A stretch of 28,946 bases of DNA from an uncultured Candidatus Saccharibacteria bacterium (lineage in GTDB: Bacteria; Patescibacteriota; Minisyncoccia; Minisyncoccales; CAYTKG01), in NCBI GenBank assembly GCA_964438335.1, contig CAYTKG010000001.1, positions 1-28,946 on the forward strand, written 5' to 3'. A program made the position numbers and the translations under genes. The notes under the pieces are model-generated. The model did no database searches. It was not told the DNA's origin and saw nothing but the letters and a program-made list of their open reading frames with translations. Positions 25,368 through 28,946 of this stretch are shown in pieces. Position 1 is the stretch's first letter, and every line of letters starts with the position of its first letter.

Positions 25368-26140
25368 TTTCTCAATCTATTTTAACTTTAATTACGGCAA
25401 TTTTTATTGGCGGTGCGGCCGGCTATATTGGTTCTTTGATGTTGACGAAAAGAATGGCTTTGGTTGGTGGTCCTTTAGGCCATCTGGCTTTGCCAGGAGT
25501 GGCTTTAGCCCTAATTTATCATTTTAATATTTTTCTCGGGGCCTTGTTTTCTATTTTTTTGGGGATATTTTTCATTTGGTTTTTTGAGACCAAAACAAAA
25601 CTTTCCCTTGAGGCCTTAACCGGCGTGGTTTTTGCCTCGGGGGTGGCCTTGGGCTTTTTGATTCTGCCAATGTCTCACGCAGAAGAAGCAATTGTTGGAG
25701 ACATTACCAAGGTGGACTTGCTTGATGCTTTTTTGGCTGTGGGGTTGGGAAGTGTTATCTTTTTGGCGACAAGAAAAATTTACAAAAAAATTGTTTTGAC
25801 TTCAATCTCCGAGGACTTGGCTAGGGCTAGACAAATTAATATCAAGAAAATAAATTTTATTTATCTTTTATTAATTGCTTTTATTACCGCCCTGGAAGTT
25901 AAGATAATTGGTATTTTGCTTACGGCTGCCCTTTTTGCTATTCCTGCCTCAACCGCCAGAAATTTAAGCAAAAATCTTTTTCAGTATTCTTTGTTCAGCA
26001 CCGTTGTCGGTATTATTTCCGCTCTTTCCGGAATCATCCTTTTTAAAATTACTAATTTCCCAGCCGGTCCTTTAATGATTCTCTCTTCGAGCTTGTTGTT
26101 TTTACTTTCTTTGGTCTTCAAACGAAAAACGGCTTATTAG
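25364..26140 (+). CDS. znuB: Metal (Zn/Mn) ABC transporter permease (ABC-3)
   Basis: KRMALVGGPLGHLALPGVAL, EALTG, IVGDI, VKIIGILLTAALFAIPASTA; 4-bp overlap with znuC. Confidence 0.88.
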   Translation: MISQSILTLITAIFIGGAAGYIGSLMLTKRMALVGGPLGHLALPGVALALIYHFNIFLGALFSIFLGIFFIWFFETKTKLSLEALTGVVFASGVALGFLILPMSHAEEAIVGDITKVDLLDAFLAVGLGSVIFLATRKIYKKIVLTSISEDLARARQINIKKINFIYLLLIAFITALEVKIIGILLTAALFAIPASTARNLSKNLFQYSLFSTVVGIISALSGIILFKITNFPAGPLMILSSSLLFLLSLVFKRKTAY

Positions 26141-26206
26141 AATAATTTTTATTGTTTAACAAGCGAATCGACCATTTAAAAATAGTTAAAAAGCTTAGTA
26201 ACTTTT

Positions 26207-26488
26207 ATGGCGAGGCCCAAAAAACAAAGAATGATTAGGTTTGACCCTAACGTAACCTATTTTAAACCGAGAGCGGTGCCGCTTTCGGTTTTAAAAGAAG
26301 TAAACCTGGAAGTGGATGAATTAGAAGCCATTCGGCTTTGCGATTTAAAAGATTGCAATCAGATTGAGGCCGCCAAAAAAATGGGCATTTCTCAAAGCAC
26401 GCTTCAACGAATTTTGGTTTCTGCTCGGAGAAAAGTGGCCGAGGCCTTAATTGAGGGCAAGGCAATTAAGATAAGAAAAAATAGATGA
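26207..26488 (+). CDS. DUF134 / UPF0251 putative HTH DNA-binding protein
   Basis: MARPKKQR...YFKPRAVP...DELEAIRLCD...QIEAAKKMGISQSTLQRILVSARRKVAEALIEGKAIKI. Confidence 0.93.
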   Translation: MARPKKQRMIRFDPNVTYFKPRAVPLSVLKEVNLEVDELEAIRLCDLKDCNQIEAAKKMGISQSTLQRILVSARRKVAEALIEGKAIKIRKNR

Positions 26489-26524
26489 TAAAATAAAAGA
26501 AAAAGGAACAGTTTAGTGAAGAGT

Positions 26525-27589
26525 ATGAGGGAACTAATTAGAAGCAGAATTTTGCGGGCAATTGAACAAAAAGTTTTTCCGGGTTGTGTTGTTGGTATTA
26601 TTAGAAAAAATGGCGAGAGAATTGTTTTACCGTTTGGCCGTTTTACTTACGAAGAAAAGGCAAACCCGGTTAGAAAAGACACCATTTTTGATGTCGCCTC
26701 AATTACCAAATCAATTCCCACTTCTTGCCTGGCTTTAAAACTTATTGACGAAGGGAGATTAAAACTTGAAGACAGATTAATAAAATTTGTCCCGGAATTT
26801 CGGAATTCTGATAGAGAAAATGTTTTAATTAAACACCTCCTTACCCAGACATTAGCTTTTGATCATCGGGTTAGTTTATCATCATCCAAAGATAAAACGC
26901 CGGATGAAATTTTAGAAGTCATTTTTACTACCGAGTTTGAGGATAAACCAGGGAGAAGGTATTTTTATCTTAATGCCACCAGTATTTTACTTGGACTGGT
27001 GGTAGAGAGAATCTTTGCTAAAAAATTAGATGAATTAGCTGAAGAGATTTTTTTTAACCCTCTTCAAATGCGACGGACAACCTTTTTCCCACTGAAAAAG
27101 TTTGAAAAGGATGAGATTATGCCTACCGAGATTGACAATTGGCGGGGGAGAATAATTCAGGGCGAAGTTCATGACGAAAGTGCTTTTACGCTACAATCAA
27201 AATTAATTGTTGGTTCGGCCGGCTTATTTACGACCGTGCCTGATTTATTGAATTTTTTAGAAATGTTGTTAAATAAAGGTGAGCTGGGCCGCAAGAAATA
27301 TTTTTCCCCAGAGATGGTTGAATTGATGCACACTAATCAACTTGAACTAATCGGAGAAAAAATTGGTCTGGGCTGGGAACTTTGTCAGCTACGTTATATG
27401 GGTCAATATTGTACCCCAAAAACCTTTGGTAAAACCGGTTTTACCGGCTGTTATTGCCTATGTGACATTCCAAAAGAAGTGGGCATTGTTTTGTTATCAA
27501 ATTACACTTTCCCCAAAAGAAAACCTGACGCCACCTTGATTAATCGGGTAAGAAGGGATATTGCCGATATAGTTTTCAAAAATTTATGA
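26525..27589 (+). CDS. Serine hydrolase, beta-lactamase family
   Basis: FPGCVV, FDVASITK (SxxK), HLLTQT, YLN (YxN), GEVHDE, SAGLF, FGKTGFTG. Alternative GTG start at 26516. Confidence 0.9.
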   Translation: MRELIRSRILRAIEQKVFPGCVVGIIRKNGERIVLPFGRFTYEEKANPVRKDTIFDVASITKSIPTSCLALKLIDEGRLKLEDRLIKFVPEFRNSDRENVLIKHLLTQTLAFDHRVSLSSSKDKTPDEILEVIFTTEFEDKPGRRYFYLNATSILLGLVVERIFAKKLDELAEEIFFNPLQMRRTTFFPLKKFEKDEIMPTEIDNWRGRIIQGEVHDESAFTLQSKLIVGSAGLFTTVPDLLNFLEMLLNKGELGRKKYFSPEMVELMHTNQLELIGEKIGLGWELCQLRYMGQYCTPKTFGKTGFTGCYCLCDIPKEVGIVLLSNYTFPKRKPDATLINRVRRDIADIVFKNL

Positions 27590-27593
27590 GATT

Positions 27594-28346
27594 ATGACAG
27601 TTATTTCCTGGAATGTTAATGGAATAAGGGCGATTTACAAAAAGGGATTTCTGAGCTGGTTAACAAAAACTAAAGCAGATATTGTTTGCCTACAAGAAAT
27701 TAAGGCCCAACCAGAACAATTGCCGGCTGATTTAGTCAGACCTGATAGTTATCATTCGTATTTTAACTCAGCTATCAAAAAAGGTTATGCCGGTGTAGCC
27801 GTTTATACCAGGAAAAAACCCCTAAAGACAGAACGGGAAATGGGGATGAAAAGATTTGACCAAGAAGGAAGAATGTTAAAATTAGAATATCCTGATTTTA
27901 TTCTACTCAACCTTTACCTGCCTCACGGCGGCAGAGGAAAGGAAAATTTAGATTATAAATTAGCGGTTTATCATCATCTTTTAGACTATTTAGAGAAGAT
28001 TAAGAATAAAAAGTTGATTCTGGCCGGTGATTTCAATATTGCTCATCAGGAAATTGACTTGGCTAGGCCAAAACAAAACCGGAATAACATTATGTTTACC
28101 CCGGACGAAAGAAAGCAAATCGATAAACTAATTGGCCTAGGTTTTATTGACACTTTTAGAAAATTTCATTCTCAAGGCGGTCATTACACTTGGTGGCCTT
28201 ATTTTGTCAATGCCCGAGAACGCAATCTTGGCTGGCGAATAGATTATATTTTTGTTTCCAAACTTTTAGCTTTAAAATTAAAACGGGCTTTTATTCTTTC
28301 AAAAGTAACGGGTTCTGACCATTGTCCTATTGGGGCGGAAATATAA
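27594..28346 (+). CDS. xth: Exodeoxyribonuclease III (AP endonuclease)
   Basis: ISWNVNGIRA, CLQEIK, GYAGVA, GDFNIAH, YTWW, GWRIDY, SDHCP. Confidence 0.96.
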   Translation: MTVISWNVNGIRAIYKKGFLSWLTKTKADIVCLQEIKAQPEQLPADLVRPDSYHSYFNSAIKKGYAGVAVYTRKKPLKTEREMGMKRFDQEGRMLKLEYPDFILLNLYLPHGGRGKENLDYKLAVYHHLLDYLEKIKNKKLILAGDFNIAHQEIDLARPKQNRNNIMFTPDERKQIDKLIGLGFIDTFRKFHSQGGHYTWWPYFVNARERNLGWRIDYIFVSKLLALKLKRAFILSKVTGSDHCPIGAEI

Positions 28347-28389
28347 CTTACGACCGAAATTTCAGCGATTGAAACCTTTTATTTTGTAT

Positions 28390-28946
28390 ATGAATCTCTT
28401 AAGTCACTTATCATATCCTGTCTTAATTTTTGTCTTCTTGGCTCGGCTGTTTCATTTTGATTATTCCTTTTTTGATCTTCTACTTTTACTTTTCTTTTCT
28501 ATTCTCCCGGATTTTGATCTTGTGTTCTTTTCTCTTTTTAAACAAAAAAATCACCATTTTTCCTTTTTTGACTTAATTAAGCTTACTCTCTTTTCAATTT
28601 TGCCTAACCTTAATTTTCTTACCGGCCGGTTGGCTGAAAAACTTCATCGTCCTTCTCAACATCATCAATGGTTAAGCCACCAACCTTTTACTTATCTTCC
28701 TTTTGTTATTTTCCTGTTTTTCTATCCAAATCCAAAATTATTCTTAGCTTGTTTTGGTCTTTACTCTCATTTTATTTTGGACACTCTTTTTGGGGGAAGA
28801 ATAATGTGGCTTTACCCTTTTTCTTCAAAATTTTTTGGCCTTTTTTCGGAAAAATTTAAAAATTCTTCCGGCTTGGATTATTTCAGGGCTTACAAAAAAT
28901 CTATTATTTACAAGATAGACATCCTCGCCTTTTTTGCTTTGTTAAT
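28390..28946 (+). CDS. Inner-membrane metal-dependent hydrolase (YdjM/LexA-binding family), 3'-truncated by the window end; missing from the ORF track
   Basis: MNLLSHL...SILPDFD...HHQWLSHQP...YSHFILDTLFGGRIMWLYPF; the frame is open to position 28946. Confidence 0.85.
   Translation, partial: MNLLSHLSYPVLIFVFLARLFHFDYSFFDLLLLLFFSILPDFDLVFFSLFKQKNHHFSFFDLIKLTLFSILPNLNFLTGRLAEKLHRPSQHHQWLSHQPFTYLPFVIFLFFYPNPKLFLACFGLYSHFILDTLFGGRIMWLYPFSSKFFGLFSEKFKNSSGLDYFRAYKKSIIYKIDILAFFALL

Noticed and set aside
26141-26206. Third copy of the palindromic operator directly upstream of DUF134
   Set aside because: No match to GTTATG-N10-CATAAC is visible; any autoregulation would depend on read-through from 20236.
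430-28859. Short overlapping or antisense ORFs in the track (e.g. 430-657, 1879-2187, 4842-5177, 13076-13411, 18940-19320, 24946-25323, 28668-28859)
   Set aside because: They shadow well-supported genes and have no motifs; 28668-28859 is an off-frame overlap of the real CDS starting at 28390.

Overview
AT-rich bacterial chromosomal window in genetic code 11, with almost all genes on the + strand. The gene families, small proteins and scarcity of Shine-Dalgarno sites suggest a Patescibacteria/CPR (Parcubacteria-like) genome; this is inference, not a taxonomic assignment. Housekeeping genes: secD, secF, tyrS, xth and a Glu/Leu/Phe/Val dehydrogenase. Envelope genes: PAP2 phosphatase, MacAB-like ABC system, L,D-transpeptidase/DD-carboxypeptidase fusion, serine hydrolase and a divergent LpxC. 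A metal-homeostasis run contains a CDF-NifX fusion, a thioredoxin-membrane protein, znuC/znuB and DUF134. There are three gene remnants. No rRNA, tRNA, CRISPR array or transposase is supported. The strongest signal is a 38-bp promoter/operator (35/38 identical; TTGACA-17-TATACT with a 22-bp palindrome over the -10). It occurs twice, 17.5 kb apart, before the DUF5320 gene and before the CDF-NifX...DUF134 run, suggesting an uncharacterised DUF134 (UPF0251) regulon. Other highlights: an LpxC with intact catalytic residues but a remodelled substrate region, a pseudoknot-like 5' leader upstream of a CxxC-x17-CxxC zinc-ribbon gene, and a recurrent AAGGTCG 5'-UTR motif. All family assignments come from motif recognition by eye; no database search was run.
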